A stretch of DNA of 43,786 nt from Candidatus Eiseniibacteriota bacterium. GTDB lineage: Bacteria; Eisenbacteria; RBG-16-71-46. Under the pieces are notes generated by a model. The model searched no databases and was not told where the DNA came from. It saw only the letters and a list, made by a program, of their open reading frames with translations. The DNA lies in contig JBGAOA010000001.1 in NCBI GenBank assembly GCA_044222065.1, positions 125,715 to 169,500 of the forward strand. The letters are read 5' to 3'. Positions 1-11,600 of the stretch are shown here, in pieces (the first letter of the stretch is position 1; each line of letters begins with the position of its first letter). The translations under genes were made by a program, and so were the position numbers.

Positions 1-2
1 CG

Positions 3-2762
3 CGCGTCGGCTGGGCGTCCACGGCGGCGGCGACCGGCGAGGTCGATCTCACGTTCGCGGCGCAGGCGCTCGTGTATTCCGCGGACATGGGCGCGACGGT
101 CATCAACATCTCGTTCGCGACCACGAACCAGACCGACCTGCTCGCGGCGCTGCAGTACGCGCTCGCGCGCGGCGTCGTGGTGGTCACGGCTTCGGGCAAC
201 AACGGCACGCCGCACTACCTGTCCGACCAGCCGAACGTCGTGACGGCGGCGGCGACCGACAACGCCGACCGCGTGACGGCGTTCAGCAACCGCGGCTCGT
301 TCGTGGACCTGTGCGCGCCCGGCTATCTCATCGCGACGACGTCGCTGCAGATCCCGCGCGTCGGCACCGACAGCCTGACGATGCGCCAGCCGGGCTACAC
401 GGCCGGGGCGACGGGCACGTCGTTCGCGGCGCCGATCGCCGCCGGCACCGCGGCGCTCGTGCAGAGCTGGCGCAAGGCGCACGGACTCGCGCCGCTCAGT
501 TCGGCGTTGATGGAGCTCCGGCTCTCCGAGACGACCGACGACATCTCGAACCTGAACTCGCTCACGAACTACGGCTCCGGCCGGATCAACGCCCAGCGCG
601 CGATCTCCGATCCGCCGACGTCGTTCCCGTTCGCGTTCGGCGGCCGCACGGTCGGCTCGCCGCTCGTGCTGCGGATGTACGACGGCACGGTGCGAGCGGC
701 GTGCGTGACGGACGCCGGCGCCTACCTGCTGCTCGACGCCACGACGGGCGACACGCTCGTGCACGCCGCGCTGCCCGGCATTCCCGCGGGCGCGCTCGCG
801 ATGGCGGACCTCGGCCCGGGGCTCGGGCGCGGCCTGTTCGTCGCGCTCGAGGACGGCCGCATCGCGGGACTGTCGCCGGGTGGCGACGCGCTCGCGGGCT
901 GGCCCGTGGCCGCCACGACGGTGACGCAGCTCTCGGGCGCCACGCCCTCGCTCGGCGACCTCGACGGCGACGGCGTCACCGACGTCGTGTGGGGCGGCGA
1001 CGATGGCCGCGTGTACGCGTGGACCGCGCTCGGCGAGCGGCGCGCGGGGTTCCCGCGCACGGTCGGCGGTCCCGCGCGCAACGTGCTGGTCGCGCTGAGC
1101 GACCTGGACGGCGCGCCGGGCGTCGAGATCGCGGCCACGACCGCGAACGGATCGCTGCACGTGCTGCGCGGCACCGGGATCGAACTCGCGGGCTTCCCCG
1201 TGTCGGCGGGACTCGCGCCGGGCGGGCCGATCGTGATCAGCGCGCGCGCCGACACGTCCGATCCGCGCATCGTCGTCGCGTCGAACTACGAGATCCGCAG
1301 CTACGACCGCCTCGGCGGGCTCGCGTTCGACGTCGCGTCCGACGGCTTTCCGAACGGCGCGCTCGCGGCCGGCGATCTCACGGGCAGCGCGCTCGACGAA
1401 ATCGTGTTCCCGAATTCGAACGGACAGGCCGGGCTGACGCTGCTGCAGAACGACGGCACGCGCATCGTGACGAAGCGCTTCAACGCCGTGCGCGGCCCCG
1501 TCGTGATCGGCGGTCTCGCGGCGAACGGCCGGAACGCGATCGGCGTCGCCGTGAACGACGCCGCGACCGAGGCGTTCGCCGCCTACGACGCCGCGCTCGC
1601 GGCGGTGCGCGGCTTCGTGCTCAAGCGCGGCGCCTCGTCGTACGACGTGTCGCTCGACGACTCCGACGACGACGGCGCGACCGAGCTGCTCGCGGGCTCG
1701 CGCGACGGCATCTCGTTCTGGGTGTACGACGCGGGCCGCGGCACGCGCGGCGCCGCCGATCCCTGGCCGATGGCGGGCGCCAATCCCGGGCGCACGTCGA
1801 GCCGGCTGTACGCACCGCCGAACGGAACGCTCGACGCGGAGCCGCCGTCGACGGTCGCGGACCTGCGGGCGCGCGTCGTCTCGCACGCGTCGGTGACGCT
1901 CGACTGGAGCGCGCCGGCCGACGCGGGGCCGGTCGCGAACGCCGCGCGCTACGAGATGCGCATCGCGCCCTACGAACTCACGAGCGCGAACTTCGCGACC
2001 GGCGCGCTCGTTCCGCTCGCCGCGCCTCGGGCGCCGGGCGCGGACGAGACGGTCGTGATCCCGGGGCTCGCCGAGAACGGGCACTACTGGATCGCGCTGC
2101 GCACGCGCGACGCCGCCGGGAACTGGAGCGCGTGCTCGACGCCGCTCGAGATCGTCGTCGGGCGGTCGTTCCCCGCGCCCGTGACCGACCTGCGCATCGC
2201 CGCGACGAGCGACACGAGCCTCACGCTGCGCTGGACGGCGACGGGCGACGACGGACTCGTCGGACGTCCCGCGCGCTACCGCGTGCGGCTCTCGAACGCC
2301 CCGATCACGAACGCCGGCTTCGACGCGCTCGCGCTCGGCGCCGACGTCGCGGCGACCGTGAGCGCGGGCGGCGCCGAGACGCTGACGATCGGCGGGCTCG
2401 ACGCCGGCGGGCGCTGGTTCGCCGCGCTGCGCGCCGAGGACGACGAGGGCGGATGGTCGCTGCTGTCGAACGTCGCGAACACGCTGCTCGGCCGCTTCGC
2501 GAGCGATGCGACCGTGGCGCTCGCGCCGCGGCTCGTGCCGAGCGCCGCGCCGGTCGAGTTCGTGTGGCAGGGCGACGCGTCTCCCGGGATCGGCGCCGAG
2601 CTGCGCGTGCTCGACATCGCGGGCCGCGTCGTCGGACGCGTGCCGCTCGCGGGCGCGGGCGGACTCGCGCGCTGGGACGGGCGCGCGCCGGCTGGCGTCT
2701 ATTTCGCGGAGCTGCGCAGCGGCGCGAGGACGGCGCGCACGCGGTTCGTGCTGCTGAGGTAG
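3..2762 (+). CDS. S8 (subtilisin-like) serine peptidase with FG-GAP/VCBS repeats, two FN3-like domains and a FlgD/T9SS-like C-terminal domain; 5' truncated by the window edge
   Basis: The frame is open from base 3 (RVGWAS...AQALVYSADMGATVINISF). S8 motifs are the oxyanion ASGNNG, FSNRG..VDLCAPG and the catalytic-Ser motif GTSFAAP (Ser codon 420-422). These are followed by DLDGDG-type repeats, two FN3-like units ('V.DLR...S.TL.W.A..D') and the C-terminus LDIAGRVVGR...WDG...GVYFAEL. Confidence 0.9.
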   Translation, partial: RVGWASTAAATGEVDLTFAAQALVYSADMGATVINISFATTNQTDLLAALQYALARGVVVVTASGNNGTPHYLSDQPNVVTAAATDNADRVTAFSNRGSFVDLCAPGYLIATTSLQIPRVGTDSLTMRQPGYTAGATGTSFAAPIAAGTAALVQSWRKAHGLAPLSSALMELRLSETTDDISNLNSLTNYGSGRINAQRAISDPPTSFPFAFGGRTVGSPLVLRMYDGTVRAACVTDAGAYLLLDATTGDTLVHAALPGIPAGALAMADLGPGLGRGLFVALEDGRIAGLSPGGDALAGWPVAATTVTQLSGATPSLGDLDGDGVTDVVWGGDDGRVYAWTALGERRAGFPRTVGGPARNVLVALSDLDGAPGVEIAATTANGSLHVLRGTGIELAGFPVSAGLAPGGPIVISARADTSDPRIVVASNYEIRSYDRLGGLAFDVASDGFPNGALAAGDLTGSALDEIVFPNSNGQAGLTLLQNDGTRIVTKRFNAVRGPVVIGGLAANGRNAIGVAVNDAATEAFAAYDAALAAVRGFVLKRGASSYDVSLDDSDDDGATELLAGSRDGISFWVYDAGRGTRGAADPWPMAGANPGRTSSRLYAPPNGTLDAEPPSTVADLRARVVSHASVTLDWSAPADAGPVANAARYEMRIAPYELTSANFATGALVPLAAPRAPGADETVVIPGLAENGHYWIALRTRDAAGNWSACSTPLEIVVGRSFPAPVTDLRIAATSDTSLTLRWTATGDDGLVGRPARYRVRLSNAPITNAGFDALALGADVAATVSAGGAETLTIGGLDAGGRWFAALRAEDDEGGWSLLSNVANTLLGRFASDATVALAPRLVPSAAPVEFVWQGDASPGIGAELRVLDIAGRVVGRVPLAGAGGLARWDGRAPAGVYFAELRSGARTARTRFVLLR

Positions 2763-5700
2763 TGCGCGTGCGAAGTCGGCGGCTCATCCACGGCCCGGGA
2801 CTCGCGATCGCCCTCGCCGGCTTCGCGGCGCTGGCGCCGGGCGCGGCTCGGGGGCAGCTCCTGACTCCCGATCTCGTCGCGACGCTGCGCACGCCCTCGG
2901 CGTACACCTTCTTCGGCGCCGGACTCGCGATCGCGGACTTCGACGGCGACGGCCGGCTGGACCTCGCCCTGGGCGAGCCGTACGACAGCGGCGGCGTCGT
3001 GCGCTTCTATCGCGGCGGCGCGGCGACGGACACGATTCCCGCGCTCGAGATCCGCGTGCCCCAAGGAGGCTTCGATCTCGGCTGGCACCTCGATGCGCTC
3101 GACTACGACGGCGACGGCCGCGCCGACCTGCTCGCGACCTGGTCGGTGCCTCAGGTCGGAGGCACCACGACCCGCAGCGCGTGGATCCGCATCGGCGCCG
3201 ATCTCCGGTCGTACGAATGGCACGATCTGGCCGACCTCGCGACCCGGAACGAGCAGATCACACTCGCGCGCCTCGGCGACTTCAACGGCGACGGCTTCCA
3301 GGACTTCGCGCGCTCGCGTTTCGCCAACGGCTCGCGCGACGCACGCGTCGAGCTGTTCTTCGGCGGTCCGGGCGCGGACGCCCTTCCCGATGCGGAGCTG
3401 TTCCTTCCCGAGGCCGGCTCGGGCTTCGGCACCGCGATCGTCGGGCCCGGCGACGTGGACGGCGACTCGCTCGCGGACGTGCTCGTGGGCGCTCCGGCAT
3501 GGCCGAACGACGGCGGCATCGGACGGGTGTACCTCTACCGGGGAACTGCCGGACCGGTCGGGCCATCGAGCGCGACGATCGACGGCGAAGCGGCGTTCGG
3601 TGGCGGGTTCGGCAACGACCTGTTCTCCGTCGGCGACGTGAACGGCGACGGTCTCGCCGACGCGGGCATCGGCGCCTACGGCCTCACGAACCTGTATCTC
3701 GGAGTGGCCGGAGGCGCTCCCGAGTTCCGCACTTCGCTCGGCGGAATGTCCTCGATCGCGGCGCTCGGCGACGTGAACGGCGACGGCTTCGACGATTTCG
3801 CCGCGTCGGGTCTCGGTCGGGTCGTGCTCTACGCCGGAGCCGAGGCCGCGCCGGCTCCTTCGCCGGTCGAGCTCGTCTCCGACGATCCGTTCATTCTCTC
3901 GACCGCGACGCTCGCTTCCGGGAGGGAGTCGCCGGGACTCGCGCGGCTCGTGGTGGCGTGGCCGTTTCGTTACGGCGCCGGGATCGCCTCGCTCTACGAC
4001 CTGCGCGACTTCGGCCTCGCGTTTCCGGAGGGACCTCCCGACGCCTTGCTCTCGGGAGGCGACTTCCTGATGGCGTGGGCGGGACCCGAGTCGGTGGTGC
4101 TGGACTGGTCCTTCGACGCGGGCGCGACGTGGTCGAACGATCTCGACGTCTCGGGAGCCGGCCGGCACGTGATCCCCGTGCCCGGGAGCGCGGGCCCGCA
4201 AGCGTGGCTGCGCCTCCGCGACGGCCGGGGGCCGGACGCGCGCTCGGACGTCGCGGGTCCCTTCGCGCTTCGCGCGTTCGCGTTGCTCGGCGTCCACGTG
4301 TGGTCGGCCGGCGTCGCAGGCACGCCGTTCGAGATGGAATGGCGCGGCGGCGTTCCCGCCGACCTCGATCTCGTGCTCGACGACGGCGCACGCGCGGTCG
4401 CGCTCGCGCGCGGCGTCGAGCCGCCGCTGCCCGGTCAGTCGTTCTCGGGCGTGCTGCCCCCCGCGCGCGGATCCACGATGCGCTTCCGGCTCACTCGCGC
4501 GGGTGCCGTGCCCGATTCCGAATCGAGCGTGCTGTCGGACGACTTCGGCGCGATCGTGCCGTTCGTTCTCACGGAGCCGGTCGCGGGCGACGTGCGCAAT
4601 CTCGCCGACTCGCTCGCGGTCCGCTGGCGCGGCGATTGGCCGGCCGTCGCCGAGCTGAGCCTCGACGACGGTGCGACCTGGTCGCCGATGGGCCCGCCCC
4701 GCAACGAAGCCTCGAACCGGGCTGCATTCGCCAGCGTCCCGGCCCCGACCGAGGCCGCGCGCGTGCGCGTGCGCGCCGAGGGCGTGCCCGCCGACGACCA
4801 GTCGAGCGAGACGAGCGGCCGCTTCGCCGTGCGACGCGACGAGGTCGAACGCGGGCTCCCGGTCCAGACGTCGCGGCTCTTCGCGGGCACGCAGGCGCTC
4901 GAACGCTTCGGCGTGGCGCTGCTCGCGTGCGACTGGAACCGGGACGGCGCGCTCGACCTGTTCGCGGCCGCGCCGAACTGGGACCGGCAGGGCACGACGA
5001 CGATTTCGAGCGGGCGGATCACCGCGTACTTCGGTCCGGCCTCGCACGGCGACGTCGCCGACCTCGCGCACGAATCGCCTCCGCTCGGGGAGGCGATCGG
5101 GACCGCGCTCGCCTCCGGCGACTTCAACGGCGACGGCTGGCCGGACCTCGCCGCCTCGGCGGTGGGCGCGACGCTCGGACTCCAGGGGCGCGTGGCCGTG
5201 TTCCTCGGGGGACCGGGGGCCGCGCTCGAACCCGACACGAGCCTGAGCTCGTTGTTTGCCGGCCTCCGCTTCGGCCGCTCGATCGCCGCGCTCGACTGGG
5301 ATGCCGACGGCGCCGACGACCTGCTCGTCGGATTCAGCGCCTCGAACTTCTCAGGGCCGTCGCGGCCGTTCGCGCAGCTGTTCCGAGGGGGCGCGGTCGT
5401 CGGCGCGGGCGCCCCGACCCTGCTCTACGGAACGACGGAGTCCGGCTCGGGCACACTCGAGTTCGGCGTGTCGGTCGCGAATGCGGGCGACTTCAACGCC
5501 GACGGTTTCGAGGACGCGGTGATCGGCGCGCCCGCGTCCGTCGTCGCGTTCGGGGTCTCGAGCTACGCGGTCGTGCACTTTGGCGGCCCCGCGTCCGATG
5601 CCGAGCCCGATCTCGTGCTGCGGGGCAGCTCGTCGGACCGGCTCGGCGCCTCGGTCGCGGGCGGAGGCGACTTCGACGGCGACGGCTACGGAGACCTCGC

Positions 5701-8601
5701 CGTGGGCTGCCCGATGTGGCGCGACGGGCGGGGCGAGGCGGTCGGGCGCGCGCTCGTCTATCGCGGCGGGCCCGAAGCGGACGACGCGCCCGATTTCGAA
5801 TTTCGCGGCGGGCAGCCGGGCGAGGCCTTCGGTCTCCACGTGAAGTTCCTCGGCGACGTGAACGGCGACGGGCGCGCCGATCTCGGAATTTCCGCCGACA
5901 GCCTCGACGCGGGCGGCATCCGCGACGCCGGGCGGCTCGTCGTGATGTTCGGCTCGGAGCTGCGCAGCAGCGTGCCCGGGCTGACGATCGACGGCACCTA
6001 CCCGGGCGAGACGGCGGGCCTCGCGGTCGCCGCCGTCGGCGACTGGGACGGCGACGGCCTCGGCGACGTCGCGGTCGGGTCGCCCGCGGGACGCCTCGCG
6101 GGCTCGAACGTCACGTCCGGCCACGTGCGCGTGTGGGGCGCGCGCCGTCCGCGCGTCGTCGCGCCGATCGGAGGCGACACGTGGATCGCCGGCGAGCCGG
6201 CGACCGTGCGCTGGTCGAGCGCCGAACCCGTGGACGTCGAGCTGTCGCTCGACGACCGTGCGAGCTGGACGACGCTGCTCGCGAACGCTGCGGCGAGCGA
6301 CACGGGCCTCGTGACCTTCGTCGCGCCCGAGCTCGATGCCCCGCGCGCGTGGGTGCGCATCGCGAACCCGCGGCGGTTCGCGGGGCCGTTCGCGGCGGAC
6401 ACGACCGCCGGCGCGCTCCGCCTCGCGCGCCCCGCGCCGGTGCTGCCGTACGCGAACGTCGCGATCGCGCTCCCGCCCTCGGACGGCGCGCTCCGCGGAG
6501 CCGCGCTCGCGTGGGTCGGCGACGTGAACGGCGACGGACGCGACGACGCGCTCGTCGCGCGCGACGGAGGCGCGCGCCTCGAACGCTGGCGCGGCGGACC
6601 CGGAGGCCTCGAGTACGCGGGCGCGCTCGACGTTCCGGACGGCGGCTCGGGGTCCGATCTGGTGATCGCGGGCGGCGCCGATCTCGACGGCGACGGCTTC
6701 GACGACTGGGCGCTCGGCCAGCCGCGCGCGAACGGCGCGCGCGGCGTCGTGCGCGTGTTCCTGGGCTCCTCCGGCTGGGATGCCGTCCCCGACCTCGTGC
6801 TCGCGGGCGACCGCGCGGGTGCGCGCTTCGGTTCGGCGATCGCGTTCGGCGGCGACTACGGGGGCGACCTCCGCCCCGACTTCGCGGTCGGCGCGCCGGG
6901 TTCGGGCGCGGACGCGGGGCGCGTGTTCGTGTGGTTCGGCGGCGCGGGACTCGATGCGACGGCCGACCTCGAGCGTGCCGCGCCCGTGGACGCGATCGCG
7001 TTCGGCGCCTCGCTCGCGAGCGGGCTCGATCTCGACGGCGACGGCCGCGCCGAGCTCGTCGTCGGCGCACCCGGCGCGGACAGCGCGGGCGCGGTCTACG
7101 TGTATCGCGGGGGCGCGACGCTCGCCGGCGCGCCCGCCGCGCGGCTCGAGGGGCGCGCGCCCGGTGACGCATTCGGCGCCACGCTCGCGGCCGCGGGCGA
7201 CGTGGACGGCGATGGCCGCGAGGACTTCGCGATCGGGGCGCCCCTCGACGACGCGGCGGGACCCGACGCCGGCGCCGTGACGCTCGTGCGGGGCCGCGAG
7301 TCGCTGGCGTGGCTGCGCGCCGACCGCGTGACGCGCGGCGCGACCGCGGGCGAGCGCTTCGGCGCCGCGCTCGCCGGCGCGGGCGACGCCGACGGCGACG
7401 GCTTCGCGGACCTCGCGATCGGTTCGCCCGCGGATGGCGGCGGCCGAGTGACGCTGCGGTTCGGATCGGTCGCGGCCGACGGCGCGCGCACGCTCGCGTG
7501 GAACGCCTCGGCGCCGGGCGCGCAGTTCGGCGCGGCGCTCGCGGTCGCGCGCGGGGGTGCGCGCTGGCTCGCGGGCGCGCCGTTCGATGCGCCCGCGGGA
7601 TCGCTCGCGAACGCTTGGCGACCTTCGACCGCGCGCGTCTCGGCGGCGGACGGCGCGGGCGGCGCCGTGTACGAGCTGCGCTTCGCGCGCCACCTGCTCG
7701 TGGACACGTTCCGCGGGGCGCGCTGGTTCGCGGGCGCGGCCGAGACGCTGCGCTGGCTCGGCAGCGCGCCCGCGCGCGTCGAACTCGCGGGCGAGCGCGC
7801 GGCCGTGACGCTCGCCGAGTCTGCGGGCGGCGCGGCGTCGAACGCGTTCGTGTTCCGCGTGCCGGCGTCGGCGGGCGCGCGCGCGGTGCTGCGCCTCACG
7901 CCGGCGAACGCCGCACGCGGCGGCGTCGCGCCGAGCGACCCGAGCGCGCTCGCGAGCGCGGTGACGCTGCGGTCGTTCGAAGCCGGGGCGGCGTCGCGAC
8001 GAGCGACACGATCGCGATCGAGAGCGCGGTGACGCTGCGGTCGTTCGAAGCCGTGGCGCTCGCGGGCGAGGTCGAGCTGAGGTGGGCGACCGACCCCGCG
8101 CCGGGACCCACGGGGCTCGCGGGCTACCGGCTCGAGCGCCTCGCGGCGGACGGCGCGGCGACGACGCTCGCGGACTCGATCACCGCGACGTCGTGGCGCG
8201 GCCCCGAGCACGAGCGCGGCGTGCGCTACCGGCTCTCGGCGCTCGACGGACTCGGCCGGCGGCTTGAACTCGGCGAGGCCTCGATCGCGACCCTCGCCGA
8301 CGTGTTCCGCCTGTGGCCGCAGCCCGCGCGCGGCGGACGGTTCACGCTGGAACTCGCGGCGCCGGCGCTCGCCGACGGCCTCACGCCGCCCGACTTCGCG
8401 ATCGAGGCGTTCGACGTCGTCGGACGCCGCGTCGCCACACTCGCGCGCGGGCGGATCCCGACGGCGCTCGGGCTCGTCCGCTTCGATCATTCGAACCGCT
8501 CGGGCGAGTCGTGGCCCTCGGGCCTCTACTTCGTGCGCGCCCAGTCGCCTTCCCTGGGCTGGGTGCGGAAGCGCAGACTCTGGGTGCTCGAATCACCGTG
8601 A
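2762..8601 (+). CDS. Giant secreted FG-GAP (integrin-alpha-like) triple beta-propeller protein, paralogue 1; frameshifted by a 68-bp duplication (1923 aa if one copy is removed)
   Basis: GTG at 2762 overlaps the upstream TAG (TAGTG). Signal peptide RVRSRRLIHGPGLAIALAGFAALAPGAARG|Q; 19 D-x-[DN]-x-D-G-like motifs in three clusters. The reading frame stops at 8032, but the C-terminal VTLRSFEA...WPQPARGG...FDVVGRRVATLARG...SGLYFVRA module shared with the paralogues continues in another frame to 8601. Confidence 0.85.
7919..8058 (+). repeat. Imperfect 68-bp tandem duplication causing a frameshift
   Basis: 7919-7986 repeats at 7987-8054 (GGCGGCGTCGCG...GTGACGCTGCGGTCGTTCGAAGCCG) with six mismatches. 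All are A>C or T>G in the first copy relative to the second. Confidence 0.95.
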
Positions 8602-8645
8602 GCGCGGCCGCGCGACCCGACCGGGAGAGCCGAACGAGACATCCG

Positions 8646-11600
8646 ATGCAAGACTCCGATTCCACCGCACCGCGCCTGCGCGCGCCGCTTCGCGCGGGCG
8701 CCGCGCTCCTCGCGGCGCGCGCGCTCATCGCAGCGCTCACGCTCGCGACCGCGACGCTCGCGCACGCGCAGGCGCTCGGCGTGCGCGAGCTGCAGCGCAT
8801 CGACTCGCCCGCGTTCTACGACCGCTTCGGTCAGGCGATCGAGACCGGGGACGTGGACGGCAACGGCAAGCTCGATCTCGTGGTCGCGGCGCCTTCCTCG
8901 CTGACCGATGCCGGAGGCGTCGGAGCGTTCTACCTGTACCTCGATCGAGACCTCGGATTCGTCGCGCCGGCCTACAGCGCGAGGTTCGATGCGCCCGCGA
9001 ACGCGTTCTGGTCGGGAGAGGGTCTCGCCTCGCTCGACTTCGACGGCGACGGCCGTGCGGACCTGGTCTCGTCGTACTTCGGGTTCGAGGGCTTCCGAAG
9101 CTACGCGGGCGCACTGCTCCTGCTCTCGAGCCTCGGCACGCCGACGGTTCCGCTCGGAACGGCCACGATCGAGGGCGGCGGCCACTACGATTTCGCCACC
9201 GTCGCGCCGCTCGGCGACTGGAACGCCGACGGCTGGGACGACCTCGCGATCGCGCATCGCGACTCGGGCGAGACGGCGTCGAAGGTGAGCGTCTTCTTCG
9301 GCGGACCGGGCGCGGATCGCGTGGAGGACGTCGTGATCGCCGCGCCGAACGGGAGCGCCTCGCTCGGCTTCGCGCTCCTCGGCCCGGGCGACGTGGACGG
9401 CGATGGTGTGAACGATCTCGTCGTCGCCGACGCGGCGTGGCCCGCGTCGAGTTATCAGGGCATCGTGTACCTCTATCGCGGCGGGGCGTCCCCCGCGGTC
9501 GTGCCGGCCGATTCGCTGTCGGGAGACTTCGGCACGACGGGATTCGGCGCCACGCTCGGCCGCACCGGCGACGTGAACGGCGACGGTTTCGCGGACTTCC
9601 TCGTGAACACGTCGTCGGGCGTGCGCTTGGCGCTCGGCGCCACGGGGACTCCGAACCTCGCGGGCGACTACATCCCTCCGGGTGAATCCGCTCCGATCAC
9701 CGATCTCGAAGGCGATGGGTTGGGAGACTTCGCGATCGCGACTTCGTCCGGATTCCAGGGGGTCGCGCTCTACCACGGGACCGCCACGGGCGCGGGGCCC
9801 GCGGGCGAATTCCGCCCGACGACCGCCAGCAACCTGCAGTGCTCGGTCGCGCCCGGTCCGATCGGCTCGAACGGGCTCGGCCAGGTGTTCGCGGGCTTTC
9901 CGTTCGCGACCTCCGGGTCCGCACGCGGCGCGGTGTACCGCCTCGACGCGGGCGCGTTCTCGATCGTCTCCGGCGCTCCCGTGGGCGTCGCCCTCGCAGG
10001 CGATACGCTCGCGCTCGCCTGGAGCGGTCCGACTTCCGTGTTCGTGGACTGGTCCTACGACGCGGGCGTGTCGTGGGGCCTCTCGACGCTTCACGACGAT
10101 CCGTCGCGCGTCGCGCGCACGCCCGTTCCGGACTCGCTCGGCGATGCCGTGCTGCTGAGGCTGCGCGCCGCGACGTTCGTGCCGCCGGGCAGCGACACGA
10201 CCGCCGTCTCCGGCCCCTTCGCCGTGCGGGCGTTCTTCTCGCTCGGCGTGTCGCCCTACACCGCGCGGCTCACGGGCGACACCGTTCGCGCCGCCTGGCG
10301 CGGGCGCTTGCCCGCGGATCTCGAGGTGTCGCTCGACGGCACGAGCTACCGCACGATCGCGACCGGGCTCGGCGGCGCGAACACGAACGAGCACCGCTTC
10401 GCGCTGCCGCTCGGACGCAGCTCGTCGGTGTCGGTGCGCGTCACGCACGCCGGGCGCACGCCGAACCCGTTCGCGAGCGAGTGGCTCGGCTCGACCGGCT
10501 CGCTCGCGCCCGCGGCGATCACGCTCGCGCCGGGCGGCGTCCCGGTCTTCGCGGGCGACTCGGTGCGGCTCGGCTGGCGCGCGAACGTGCCGATGGACGC
10601 CGAATGGAGCGAGGACGACGGCGCCACGTGGAGCGTGATCGCGAGCGACGTCCGGGGTGCGGGCGAACACTTCGTCACGTGGCGGACCGGAGCGCCGACG
10701 AGCGCGGCGTTCGCGCGCGTGCGCGCGCACGGCGAGCCGCCGAGCGACGACGTCGTGGAGCGCACGCCGCGCTTCCGCGTGCTCTCGAGCGTCGGCCGGC
10801 CGTCGGACCTCGAGTGGGACGAGCGGCTCGCGAGCGCGGGTTGGAAGTCGCGCGAGCAGCTGGGCTCGGCGCTCGCGCACGGCGACTGGAACGGCGACGG
10901 CCGGGACGACCTTGCGGTCGGCGCGACGGGCTTCGGGCCGAACAGCCTCACGCCCAACGTGGGCCGCGTGTGGATCTACTTCGGCGGATCGGCGCGCGGC
11001 GACGTTCCCGACCTGACGATCAGCGGCGAATCGCAGAACGCGCGCTTCGGGCGCGCGATCGCGTTCGGGGACTGGAACGCCGACGGCTTCGACGACCTGT
11101 GCGTCGGCGAACTGAACGTGAACGGGAGTCCCTTCGTGCGCGTGTTCTTCGGTGGCCCCTCGCCCGACTCGCTCGACGACTACCGCGTGATGGCGCCGCC
11201 GGGCGCGGAGAACTTCGGCTCGGGACTCGCGTTCGGCGACGTGAATGGCGACGGATTGCAGGACCTCGTCGTGCGCGCGAGCATGCAGAGCGCGTTCGGC
11301 CTCGACTTCCCGGCCGCGACGGTGTGGGTGTACTTCGGCGGGCCGACGCCGCACGCGACCGCCGACCGCCGCCTCGAGGACGCACTCTCGAACGCGACGT
11401 TCTCGTTCTCGACCACGATGTACATCACGGCGCCGCTCGCGTGCGGCGACTGGAACGGCGACGGTCTCGACGACGTGCTCGCGGGCTATCCGGGCACGAA
11501 TACGAGCGGCGCCAACGGCTCCGCGTCGCTGTTCTTCGGCACCCGCGCCCCGGACTTCGAACGCGGGCCGGACCGCTACTTCGCCGGCCACCGCTACGCG

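Noticed and set aside
311..2761. N-terminal ~817 aa of the 2573-aa ORF 311..8032
   Set aside because: It is an Arg-rich off-frame read-through overlapping the S8 gene. The real protein begins at the signal peptide near 2762.
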